Positions 1 to 8,058 of a stretch of DNA of 27,825 bases are shown here, one piece after another. This DNA comes from a virus (taxonomy: Duplodnaviria > Caudoviricetes): positions 1-27,825 of the IMG/VR virus record IMGVR_UViG_3300022666_000355; one strand, written 5' to 3'. Made by a program: the position numbers and the translations under genes. The stretch's first letter is position 1. Every line of letters begins with the position of its first letter. The notes under the pieces are model-generated. The model was not told the DNA's origin. It worked only from the letters and a program-made list of their open reading frames with translations, and made no database searches.

Positions 1-186
1 ATGAAAGACAAGAAGAGACTGGTAGTGCTTTGGACCCGGATAAACGGGGTGGAGCGGGTGCAGGTGAGTCCTGAACTGGAGAGCCGGGATGGACGGAATG
101 GACAGGATGGACGGAATGGACGGGGGATGGAGATCAACCGGGAGTTTCATAAGGCTTTGGGAATGAAGGTTGGGGGTGTGAGATGA
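1..186 (+). CDS. Hypothetical protein, 61 aa, with repeat-derived GRNGQD linker
   Basis: ATG at 1; TGA overlaps the next ATG (ATGA 183-186); upstream context not visible. Confidence 0.6.
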   Translation: MKDKKRLVVLWTRINGVERVQVSPELESRDGRNGQDGRNGRGMEINREFHKALGMKVGGVR

Positions 187-338
187 CAGAGAAGAACTGC
201 AAAAAATGCAGTCACTACATCTTACCGGAAAACAGCGGTTTTGGTGGAGGGAAGAGCTCGCAAACAACAGGTAGGTGTGCCCTGGTGAACAGAATTATTC
301 GCAGGATGAGCAGCTGCCCTGTAGGGGGTGCACGGTGA
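183..338 (+). CDS. Small Cys-rich protein, 51 aa (not in ORF track)
   Basis: Hand translation MTEKNCKKCSHYILPENSGFGGGKSSQTTGRCALVNRIIRRMSSCPVGGAR; ATGA overlap at its start and GTGA overlap at its end; CxxC plus two further Cys. Confidence 0.7.
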   Translation: MTEKNCKKCSHYILPENSGFGGGKSSQTTGRCALVNRIIRRMSSCPVGGAR

Positions 339-1141
339 AAGAGTTTATGCTTCAATTCAGAGAAGGGCAGGAGTACTTAATCAGCGAGAGAAAGCTGCGG
401 TGGACGTATCAGCATGGGATCAGCAGCGAGAAGTACCGTAGGGACGTTGATCGTGAGCTGACGGTGCGGCAGTTAGAGATAATCAGGGGCAATCCGGATA
501 ACGGGTATTACAAGTTCTACTACAATGGATCGCTAATTGAGAACTTCAGCATCGATGTGAGCAGTGACCCCAACCTGGTAATCATCAAGATCGATGATCC
601 GTTTCCGGGTTATGCGCCGGGGCATATCGTGTATCAAAGCCTACCCTATGATGCCAAAGCCAAGCCAATAGAGAGGTTCTTTGTGAAGCTGGACAACGGC
701 AAGGCGTTTGAGCGCAGGGAGTTTGGTGAATATGATTGCCCGATATGCAGATCAATCCTTAGTGAACAAGCACCTGAGACTATATCAATACCGCTGGAGG
801 ATGGAAAGGAGCTGCGTTATGAGCTGGTAAAGCCCAAGGTTGAGCCTTCAGGACAAGAGGCTTTGAGCGAGACAACCAGGCTGAAGAACAGGTTTCAAGT
901 CATGGCCGAGAATATGCGGGTACAGGCGCATTTAGAGAGGATATTAGCGGCGATCCCGGTGCCTACCAAAGATGTCATATTCATTGGTATCAAGGGGCGG
1001 GTTTTTGCTTACGACCTGATGAATGAGGACGGATTCCGCCGTATGGAGCAGGGAGAATATGAACATATCTATAAGGTTGTTGCCGACGGGGATAGTAATA
1101 GAGTGATCAAAATAAGCACAGAGCCTGAAGCGGAGAAATGA
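335..1141 (+). CDS. Hypothetical protein (about 268 aa; start moved to GTG 335)
   Basis: GTGA overlap with the upstream stop and AGGGGGT SD-like sequence; single CPIC motif; no family recognised. Confidence 0.75.
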   Translation: MKEFMLQFREGQEYLISERKLRWTYQHGISSEKYRRDVDRELTVRQLEIIRGNPDNGYYKFYYNGSLIENFSIDVSSDPNLVIIKIDDPFPGYAPGHIVYQSLPYDAKAKPIERFFVKLDNGKAFERREFGEYDCPICRSILSEQAPETISIPLEDGKELRYELVKPKVEPSGQEALSETTRLKNRFQVMAENMRVQAHLERILAAIPVPTKDVIFIGIKGRVFAYDLMNEDGFRRMEQGEYEHIYKVVADGDSNRVIKISTEPEAEK

Positions 1142-1393
1142 GGCAACAATGTCTTTAGTGGCATCATCGGCATCCGAGAAAGACTCAAAAACATCCATAA
1201 GGGTGTCTGCACCAAAGATGATGGTGGATTGCAGAGCCTTGCGGTATGTTTCATCCGGGTACCGCTTTTTGCCAAGACCTTCGTCAAGATTGAAAAGGCT
1301 ATATACACGTTCTTTAAGCAATTCGCGCAGCTGCTTTTTGGTGATCAAAAAGCGGATATCAGCGAGAGAAGATTCACGTAGATCGATAAGCAT
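944..1393 (-). CDS. Hypothetical protein, 149 aa; only credible minus-strand gene
   Basis: Minus strand reads TAGGAGCGTCCC-ATG (SD AGGAG); helical protein-like composition; fills the otherwise empty 1142-1393 interval. Confidence 0.6.
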   Translation of the reverse strand: MLIDLRESSLADIRFLITKKQLRELLKERVYSLFNLDEGLGKKRYPDETYRKALQSTIIFGADTLMDVFESFSDADDATKDIVASFLRFRLCAYFDHSITIPVGNNLIDMFIFSLLHTAESVLIHQVVSKNPPLDTNEYDIFGRHRDRR

Positions 1394-1446
1394 GGGACGC
1401 TCCTATTCTATTAGTTTGGTGACTAAGAGCAGGATTGGGGCGTCCC
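1394..1446. promoter_or_regulatory. Inverted repeat covering the SD of the minus-strand gene
   Basis: GGGACGC (1394-1400) pairs with GCGTCCC (1440-1446), with inner TTAGT/ACTAA stem; TTGACA on the minus strand at 1458-1453. Confidence 0.5.
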
Positions 1447-1458
1447 TAAATTTGTCAA

Positions 1459-1517
1459 GGCGGCTCTGCGGATCCGGAGCGGGGGACGAAGCCCAGCCCG
1501 GCCAGAGCCGCTGTTTT
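1459..1517 (+). terminator. Long hairpin with short T tract (terminator-like or structured RNA)
   Basis: GCGGCTCTG (1460-1468) / CAGAGCCGC (1503-1511) perfect 9-bp stem, inner CCGG, GC and GGG/CCC pairings, followed by TGTTTT. Confidence 0.45.
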
Positions 1518-1558
1518 GAACCACAGAGGACACAGAGAAAAGCAGAGAAAAGCAGAGA
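1518..1558 (+). repeat. CAGAG-core tandem repeat, 4 units of 9-10 bp
   Basis: CACAGAGGA CACAGAGAAA AGCAGAGAAA AGCAGAGA. Confidence 0.8.
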
Positions 1559-1790
1559 CTATTCAGGATTAAAAGCAGCCCATTATATACGCCAGGCCGA
1601 CGGCATGCATGCAAGGATATCCCCGGTGAAGAGGGGTGAATACAGACAACCTGGCTGCGATCGGTGGGCTGCTTTGAATTTTGAAATAAGCAAACACACC
1701 CTACAACTCCGGGGCGGGAGTGGAGTCGACGCCCCCCGCCCTCTTAATTTGAAACGGAGATGTGGGGGATTATAAGGAGATGTAGGAATT

Positions 1791-4235
1791 GTGAAAGAGT
1801 TTAATGGAACGCAGATGACGGGATCGACAGGATCTACGGGATCTTGGGTGAGTGTGAAGGAATATGCAGAGCTTACGGGAAAGAGTAGGCAGGCGGTGCT
1901 GAAAGGCATATCCAAGGGCAAGTATAAGACCAGGGAAGTATCTGGACGTGGTAAAGGTGGAGTAGCATACGAAATATGGTATGCACTGACAACCACTGAC
2001 AACCAGTTGACTGACAACCTGCCACTGACAACCACTGACAACCTGCCACTGACAACCACTGACAACCTGCCACTGACAACCACTGACAACCAGTCGACTG
2101 ACAACCTGCCACTGACAACCACTGCACTCAAAGACCTGGATTCCAGCCTTCGCTGGAATGACGGGAACGTGGAGATCGGTGACCAGGCGATGGACGGTAT
2201 GGACGGGATGGACGGAGATAGTGCCGCCCTTCCAGGGCTGGGTGGTGTGGGGGATGGTGACCAGGGGTTCCGCTCCGCTCCACCCCAGGCTATGGAATGC
2301 CGTCCCTCCGGGACTGAAAAGCGTCAGGATGACGCTTCCACTATGGAGGCTATGAAGTCTAAGCGTGGTAGTGTAATTGAGTATGTACCCTATCACAAGA
2401 TGGATGAGGCTCAGCTATATGCCTTGCTTTTGCAGGAGATAGACAGGCGGGTGCGGGGCGCGGAGAGCAAGACCAGTGAATGGGCAAAGATCACCCAGGA
2501 ATATAACCAGGGTGAGCTGGTGCCGGATTTGAAGAAGCTGAAGGGACGGCGGAGCGAGCGGGGACTGCGACACTGGTATCAGAAGTGGCAGGAGAGCGAT
2601 CAGGATATGTTCCAGTTGGTCCATAAGAACAACTCGATGCTGCGGGGCCGGAAGGTGACGCAATTTGAGCAGGACTATCTGCTGTACCTGCTGCTGCGCG
2701 ACAGCAAGATATCAATCGGCAGCGCGATCACTGACCTGAAGGATGAGGCGCGGGAGAGCGGACTGGAAAGCCCGAGCAGCGTAGCAACCTTGAAACGCTG
2801 GTGCAATGACTGGGCAGCGGCACATCCGGCGGTGTGGGGACAAGCGCGGCTGGGAGACAAGTGGGTGCATGACAACATAGTTCCGAGCATCCTGCGGGAC
2901 ATGAGCGACATTAAGTTTGGCGATGTATTGATCGCAGACGGACATATAGTCAGCAACGATATAATCAATCCGGCGACAGGGAAACCCGCCAGGCTGACAC
3001 TCATCATGTTTTATGACTGGGCAAGCCGGTACCCGGTGGGCGCGAGCCTGGCCTATACAGAGGACAGCGTACATATTTTGACTGCCCTGCGCAACGCTAT
3101 CCTGCAACTGGGGTTTATCCCCAGGGCGGTATATCTGGATAACGGACGGGCGTTTAAGAGCAAGCTCTTCCACGAGAGAGCGGATGAACATGACCTGGAG
3201 AAGGAACTGGCGGGGATACTGCCGAGATTGGGCATTTACGCGCATTTTGCAACGCCTTACAATGGCCGGAGCAAGAACATAGAGAGATTTTTTAAGACGA
3301 TGCAGGAGGAGTGGGAGCGGTTTATGCGGAGCTTCCGGGGTGCCAGCATTGCGGACAAGCCAGCGCATCTGATGCGTAACGAGAAATGGGCTAAGAAGAT
3401 GTTTGAAGGCAAGCCGATGGGCTATGACGAGGCGCTGACGATGGCCTATGACTGGGTGAGAAACAAGTATGGCAACCGTCCACACTCCGGGCTGAAGGGG
3501 ATGAGTCCCTACCAGGTGTTTGAGGAGAGTGAGCGACCAGCAGACCGGGAGATCAATGTGCGGGAGCTGGATATCTTGATGCTGAAGGCGGAGCGGACGA
3601 AGGTGCGCAAGGACGGTATAGTGCTGATGGGCAACAAATACTGGGATAACGCCATGATAGACTATGTGCTGCAGCCGGTGGTGATCCGCTATGACTACTG
3701 CGATTTGAACAGCATCCTGGTGTATGATATGCGCAGCCATCTGATCTGCGAGGCGGAGCTGAAAGAGAGCGTTCACGGCTTTGCTGTCTTGAGCGATAAT
3801 CCATTGGCATATCACCAGGTGAAGGCCAAGATCAAAGAGCAGAAGCAGATGACAGGGCTGATCCAGAAAGTGGCAAAGATGACGATGCAGAAGAGCAAGG
3901 ACGGCGTGGAGCGGGAACTGGCTAAGCACCAGGAGATAATAGACCAAAGGCATGCCGCTATAGAGGCGCACAATCCGCTATTTAAGAATCCTCCGATGAA
4001 GCCTAAAGTGGCGAAGCGGGTGGATGTGAATGACGAGGTGGCAGAGCTGGAGCGGATAGCGAGCGGAGCAGGTGAACCCTTGAGTACAGAGACGCAGAAG
4101 CACAGAGACGCAGAGGAGAGCGGAAAGAGTGAGAAGGTGATCTTGCTGGAGGATCTGCTGAGAGATGATGAAGGGGAATTGGCTGAGACGGTGAGTTTTA
4201 GCGAGATGCAAAAGATCATTGGAATCAAACGATAG
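1791..4235 (+). CDS. Mu-type DDE transposase (MuA-like)
   Basis: N-terminal wHTH-like segment (VSVKEYAELTGKSRQAV), catalytic motifs IADGH / YLDNGRAF / SKNIERFF, Mu transposase C-terminal barrel (KVRKDGI..VVIRYD..SILVY); GTG start after AGGAG/AGGA. Confidence 0.95.
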   Translation: MKEFNGTQMTGSTGSTGSWVSVKEYAELTGKSRQAVLKGISKGKYKTREVSGRGKGGVAYEIWYALTTTDNQLTDNLPLTTTDNLPLTTTDNLPLTTTDNQSTDNLPLTTTALKDLDSSLRWNDGNVEIGDQAMDGMDGMDGDSAALPGLGGVGDGDQGFRSAPPQAMECRPSGTEKRQDDASTMEAMKSKRGSVIEYVPYHKMDEAQLYALLLQEIDRRVRGAESKTSEWAKITQEYNQGELVPDLKKLKGRRSERGLRHWYQKWQESDQDMFQLVHKNNSMLRGRKVTQFEQDYLLYLLLRDSKISIGSAITDLKDEARESGLESPSSVATLKRWCNDWAAAHPAVWGQARLGDKWVHDNIVPSILRDMSDIKFGDVLIADGHIVSNDIINPATGKPARLTLIMFYDWASRYPVGASLAYTEDSVHILTALRNAILQLGFIPRAVYLDNGRAFKSKLFHERADEHDLEKELAGILPRLGIYAHFATPYNGRSKNIERFFKTMQEEWERFMRSFRGASIADKPAHLMRNEKWAKKMFEGKPMGYDEALTMAYDWVRNKYGNRPHSGLKGMSPYQVFEESERPADREINVRELDILMLKAERTKVRKDGIVLMGNKYWDNAMIDYVLQPVVIRYDYCDLNSILVYDMRSHLICEAELKESVHGFAVLSDNPLAYHQVKAKIKEQKQMTGLIQKVAKMTMQKSKDGVERELAKHQEIIDQRHAAIEAHNPLFKNPPMKPKVAKRVDVNDEVAELERIASGAGEPLSTETQKHRDAEESGKSEKVILLEDLLRDDEGELAETVSFSEMQKIIGIKR
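1984..2124 (+). repeat. Intragenic tandem array, 11 x ACTGACAAC (24-bp higher-order unit)
   Basis: Cores at 1985, 1995, 2010, 2024, 2034, 2048, 2058, 2072, 2082, 2097, 2111; encodes (LPLTTTDN)n. Confidence 0.95.
2136..2162 (+). repeat. 27-bp palindromic element copy 1 (in transposase)
   Basis: CTGGATTCCAGCCTTCGCTGGAATGAC; ATTCCAGC/GCTGGAAT stem; read as LDSSLRWND. Confidence 0.95.
2226..2315 (+). repeat. Three-hairpin REP-like element inside the transposase
   Basis: GCCCT-TCC-AGGGC (2226-2238), CCAGGGGT..ACCCCAGG (2261-2289), GTCCC-TCC-GGGAC (2302-2314). Confidence 0.65.
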
Positions 4236-4245
4236 AGAGGTACAA

Positions 4246-4962
4246 ATGAAAGAAGGGAAATTAGCAAGACTGAGCAATGTGATCGCGGCTGATCGGTGCG
4301 TGGAGTATCTACTGGCGCGACCGAAGCTGGAGATGGTGGGCCTGGGGCTGATATATGGGCATCCGGGGCTGGGTAAGACTACGTATGCGCAGCGGATGGC
4401 GTATGGCAAGGGCTGGATCTATATGAGGCTGGAGAGCTATATGACGCCGAAGACCTTTGCAGTGAGCCTGAAGCAGGTGATAATGCGTCATTTGGGGATG
4501 GGGAACCACCCGGTGATGGGCAGTGCGGCGGTGATCTATGAAGAGTGCATCGGGCTGCTGCGGGAGCATCCGGAGATCGTGATCGTGATCGATGAGATCG
4601 ATTACGCGTTTCGGAGCTATCAGCATGAGATATTGGGCGCGATCCGGGACATTGTGGATCAAACGCTATGCGTGGTGATCCTGGTGGGGATGCAGAACGC
4701 CAAGGACAGGCTGTATCAGATAAACCGCTATTATTTCGACAGATGCGGGGTGTTTTGCGAATTTGCAAGCCCGACTAAGAAGGACATCGCGATCTTGATG
4801 GCCACGGTGATGGAAGTGGGCTTTGGCGAAGACCTGGTGGACTATATCGCCAAGCGAAACCAGGGGACCCTGAGAGACACGATCAAGCTGATGCACAGCG
4901 TGGAGAGCGTGGCCAGGGTAAAGAAGCTGGAAAAGATCAGCGTAGCGGACTTGGAGGGGTAA
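4246..4962 (+). CDS. AAA+ ATPase, transposition protein B-like
   Basis: Walker A GHPGLGKT, Walker B IVIDE, VILVG; directly after the transposase; GAGAGG SD before ATG 4246. Confidence 0.93.
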   Translation: MKEGKLARLSNVIAADRCVEYLLARPKLEMVGLGLIYGHPGLGKTTYAQRMAYGKGWIYMRLESYMTPKTFAVSLKQVIMRHLGMGNHPVMGSAAVIYEECIGLLREHPEIVIVIDEIDYAFRSYQHEILGAIRDIVDQTLCVVILVGMQNAKDRLYQINRYYFDRCGVFCEFASPTKKDIAILMATVMEVGFGEDLVDYIAKRNQGTLRDTIKLMHSVESVARVKKLEKISVADLEG

Positions 4963-4963
4963 G

Positions 4964-5461
4964 ATGTGCAAGCATGAGCGTAAAGACAATCAAGCTAAAC
5001 AGATAGCAAACAACTTCGTGGCGGTGTGCCGGATCCCCTTTGGAGAGAAGACTTTTGAAGAGATGACGGGGCTAACGGGGGGAGGCAAGTATATCCGGGA
5101 GTGGCTGGAAGATGGAAAGATCAGGGAGATCGAGGCGGGGATCTACATAGTGTGTGGCTGCTTTGGCCAGAGCATAACGAGTGTGGAACGAGACTGGAGG
5201 TTTACGGTAGAGGGAGCCTGGCTGGTGCAGGAGGCACTGCCGGAGAGTTCGCTGCGCAAGATTGGCGCTGCTATAGGGCGCAGCAGGCAATGGGTTTACA
5301 GGTATTTGGAGGCAATGGCGAGCGTTGGCGCGGTGGCCTGGGACGGGAGCAATTACGTGAATGTAATAGGCGCAGACGTTAGCAGGATAGGCTGCGAGAT
5401 CGAGAAGGGGATTTTATCCCGGATGAAGCGGGAGGGGAAGGAAAAGTGGTTAATGAGTTAA
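4964..5461 (+). CDS. HTH DNA-binding protein
   Basis: SLRKIGAAIGRSRQWVYRYL helix-turn-helix; GGAGG SD. Confidence 0.75.
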   Translation: MCKHERKDNQAKQIANNFVAVCRIPFGEKTFEEMTGLTGGGKYIREWLEDGKIREIEAGIYIVCGCFGQSITSVERDWRFTVEGAWLVQEALPESSLRKIGAAIGRSRQWVYRYLEAMASVGAVAWDGSNYVNVIGADVSRIGCEIEKGILSRMKREGKEKWLMS

Positions 5462-5952
5462 TGGTTAATGGGTTAATGGGGCTGGATTCCAGCCTTCCCA
5501 CCCCAACAGCCAACAAGTTGTCTGTCGGGGACCCCGGTCGCAGGAATGACGAAGGAAATAGCTGGAATGACGGCCAGAGATGCAGAGAGCTGCGCAGGCT
5601 AATCCAGGCGCACCGGATCAAGCGGTTGGGGTGGAGTGACTATGTGTTTCATTACATTATGGAAGGGTTGGGCTTTGGGCGCTCATTAAAGGCGTTGGAT
5701 GAGCAGCAGTTAGGCGCGTTGTGGGAGATCGTGAAGGGCTACCGGAAGAGCGGAAAGCCAGTGGAATTTGAATATGACAAGCAGGGGCGGTATATGCATG
5801 CATTGATGACTAAGGCGGGCTGGCCAGAGCATACCTTACGGGCGTATATGATGATCAACTTTAGCAAAACCCACTGGAATCTGCTGGATAAAGCCGAGCG
5901 GAGAAAGGTGATAGATCAACTCAAAGAATGTGTACAGGAGGTACAGAAATGA
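5446..5952 (+). CDS. GemA/gp16-like regulator with repeat-derived N-terminus
   Basis: LIQAHRIKRLGWSD..FHYIM..GRSLKALDEQQL and closing LDKAERRKVIDQLK resemble the Mu gp16 (DUF1018) pattern; typical position; start uncertain. Confidence 0.65.
   Translation: MVNELMVNGLMGLDSSLPTPTANKLSVGDPGRRNDEGNSWNDGQRCRELRRLIQAHRIKRLGWSDYVFHYIMEGLGFGRSLKALDEQQLGALWEIVKGYRKSGKPVEFEYDKQGRYMHALMTKAGWPEHTLRAYMMINFSKTHWNLLDKAERRKVIDQLKECVQEVQK
5448..5571 (+). repeat. Composite repeat: GTTAAT array, palindrome copy 2 (interrupted) and extra half-site
   Basis: GGTTAATGAGTTAATGGTTAATGGGTTAAT, CTGGATTCCAGCCTT (5482-5496), 42-bp insert, CGCAGGAATGAC (5539-5550), GCTGGAATGAC (5561-5571). Confidence 0.9.
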
Positions 5953-6350
5953 CAGTAACGATCAATCTGGTGTATATCATAGCCGTGTGGCTGTATGCAC
6001 TTGTAGTAACAGGCTTTTGGGTTTGCGCGCTGATCCGCAGCGGCAAGGACAGGCAGGACGGGATCATGGAGCAGGCTGCTATGGGCGCAGAGAGCAAGCA
6101 GATCCGGGAGAGAGCTAAAGAGCTGGAAGAGGAGAATGGGAAGCTGCGGAAAGAGATCGAAGCCCAAAAGGATGGGAAGCGGACACTGGCAGAGCAGTAT
6201 ATCAAGATCCAGAATGAATATGCCTGGTACCGGATGCTGGTGCGAGAGGCTGATCCCAAGGCACATGAAAGAGCGAGTGTGAGCATGTATCGGCAGAAAG
6301 GTGCCGCAGGATCGGCGTCCTGCGCTACGGAGGAGGCTCAGAATGGCTGA
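5949..6350 (+). CDS. Membrane-anchored coiled-coil protein
   Basis: AGGAGG SD and ATGA overlap; N-terminal hydrophobic segment then ERAKELEEENGKLRKEIE coiled coil. Confidence 0.8.
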   Translation: MTVTINLVYIIAVWLYALVVTGFWVCALIRSGKDRQDGIMEQAAMGAESKQIRERAKELEEENGKLRKEIEAQKDGKRTLAEQYIKIQNEYAWYRMLVREADPKAHERASVSMYRQKGAAGSASCATEEAQNG

Positions 6351-6873
6351 GATCACGAATGTAATCATCCACTGCAGCGACAGTGAATTTGGGACTGCCG
6401 CGGAGATCCGGCGGTGGCACCTGCAGAACGGCTGGGATGACATTGGCTATGACTGGGTGATATTGAACGGGCTATTGGTGCCGGAGACGAAGTGGCAGAA
6501 GAAGCTGTATATGGCTTGTATGGACGGGATGATCGAAGTGGGCCGGAAGGTGGACGGAGATAATATCCTGGTGGGCAAGGAAGTGGGCGCGCATACGCTG
6601 GGCTATAATGCCAAGAGCCTGGGAGTGTGCCTGATCGGAGTGAAGGACTTCACGCCTAAGCAGTTCTATAGCCTGGCTGTGCTGTGCCGGGAGATCGAGG
6701 TAATCTGGAAGGTTCCTGCAAATATGTTCCTGGGGCATTATGACGTGGCACGCAAGACTTGCCCGAACTTTGATGTGCAGCGGTTTATGAAGGACAGGGA
6801 CGAGATCCTGAGCATAGCCCCAGGACACAGAGCTATCGACGTGAACCGTTACAGGCTGGCGGGAGGGTTCTGA
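6343..6873 (+). CDS. N-acetylmuramoyl-L-alanine amidase (Amidase_2, T7 lysozyme-like endolysin)
   Basis: IIHCS, GWDDIGY, GAHTLGYN, SLGVCLIG, GH..KTCPNF motifs with Zn ligands H/H/C; GGAGG SD before ATG 6343. Confidence 0.93.
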   Translation: MAEITNVIIHCSDSEFGTAAEIRRWHLQNGWDDIGYDWVILNGLLVPETKWQKKLYMACMDGMIEVGRKVDGDNILVGKEVGAHTLGYNAKSLGVCLIGVKDFTPKQFYSLAVLCREIEVIWKVPANMFLGHYDVARKTCPNFDVQRFMKDRDEILSIAPGHRAIDVNRYRLAGGF

Positions 6874-7214
6874 TGGACAGGATGGACATAATAGACGTAA
6901 TGGACGGTGGAGTGCTGCGCAGGCTGGAATTTGTTCAGGATCGGGTGCACATGCGAGTCAGTAGGGCAGGTAAGAATGATATAACCTCTTCATTAAAGGC
7001 AGAGGTTGGAGATCAAGACGAGATAGTTCTTAGTTACTTCAATGATGGGACTCTGCTGGTATCCAGAAATCGTTACTATCCCGTAACCACATTTATGACA
7101 GTTCATTTAGCACGTCCCACTGAAGAGGGGAAGCGGAGGGCGGTAGCCTATGTGCTAAAGGCTATGAGTGAGCTGCTCCAGGATGAAGATGTGAATGAGG
7201 AGCTGGATATATGA
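6873..7214 (+). CDS. Hypothetical protein
   Basis: TGATG overlap at start, ATGA overlap at end; first 12 codons are an ATGGACNNN array. Confidence 0.75.
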   Translation: MDRMDIIDVMDGGVLRRLEFVQDRVHMRVSRAGKNDITSSLKAEVGDQDEIVLSYFNDGTLLVSRNRYYPVTTFMTVHLARPTEEGKRRAVAYVLKAMSELLQDEDVNEELDI

Positions 7215-7411
7215 GCGATCTGAATGATTACCCGGACATTGACCTGGCTACACGGAACATACTGAGCATGATAGAGATCGTAGTAATGGAGATGGGTGAG
7301 GCTGCCAAGAAAGCGGTGGAATATCCGCATTTGGCAAGGCCCTTCATGATGGACATGATAGACTTTAACAACAAGATGAAAGTATACAAAACAAAGGAGA
7401 TACAAAGATGA
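7211..7411 (+). CDS. Hypothetical protein, 66 aa
   Basis: ATGA overlaps at both ends; GAGGAG SD. Confidence 0.75.
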   Translation: MSDLNDYPDIDLATRNILSMIEIVVMEMGEAAKKAVEYPHLARPFMMDMIDFNNKMKVYKTKEIQR

Positions 7412-8058
7412 GCACGATGGAAGTAAATGCACACATTAAGCAACACGTGGAGCAGATCCCGCAGGACAGCCTGGAAGCGGCGGGCAAGCTGCACAAGGAC
7501 ATCGAGAGCAAGTTTATCGAGATGGGGCAGGTATTTAGCCATATCAAAGCCACGAAGATCTTCAGGATGAAGGGCTATGAGAGCTTTAAGGACTGGGTGG
7601 AGCACGAGCACAACATGAGCGCGAAGATGGCGAACAAGCTGATCCGGCTGCAGCGGCTGTTTGTGGAAGAGATGGACATGGATGAAGAGACGCTGAAGGA
7701 GATCGGTTTTGACCGTTTGATGATGATTGCGCCGATGGTGGAGAAGGCGGACTGGGAGAAGCGGGACGAGCTGGTGGAGCAAGCCGGAGAGCTGCCGATT
7801 CCGCAACTGGCGGGAGAGCTGAAGAAAGCCAAGCTCGAGTCACAGAAAGACGCTCCGCAGGACTTGAAGAAGGTGCTGGTGGAGCAGTGGAAGGAACGCT
7901 TTCTTGCCGTCTTCAATTGCTCCTGGACTGAACTGCAGTTCAAGCTGGCTCTTCTCTTCAGCGGCACTACCGACGAGGCTCTGCTAACCATCAAAGCCCA
8001 GATCAAGGATGCACAACGGCAATTTGAAACCCCGGAGGTGACAAATGCCGACAGGTAG
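7408..8058 (+). CDS. DUF3102-like helical protein
   Basis: FIEMGQVFSHIK..GYESFKDWVE..MSAKMANKLI pattern; AAGGAG SD. Confidence 0.6.
   Translation: MSTMEVNAHIKQHVEQIPQDSLEAAGKLHKDIESKFIEMGQVFSHIKATKIFRMKGYESFKDWVEHEHNMSAKMANKLIRLQRLFVEEMDMDEETLKEIGFDRLMMIAPMVEKADWEKRDELVEQAGELPIPQLAGELKKAKLESQKDAPQDLKKVLVEQWKERFLAVFNCSWTELQFKLALLFSGTTDEALLTIKAQIKDAQRQFETPEVTNADR

Noticed and set aside
1149-1775. 208-aa + strand ORF
   Set aside because: Ser/Arg-rich, antisense to the better-supported 944-1393 gene and runs through hairpins and repeats.
2712-3971. Long minus-strand ORFs (2712-3971, 18828-19952, 10938-11888, 22976-23845 and others)
   Set aside because: Antisense shadows of well-supported + genes; atypical His/Leu/Pro- or Gly-rich composition and no recognisable motifs.
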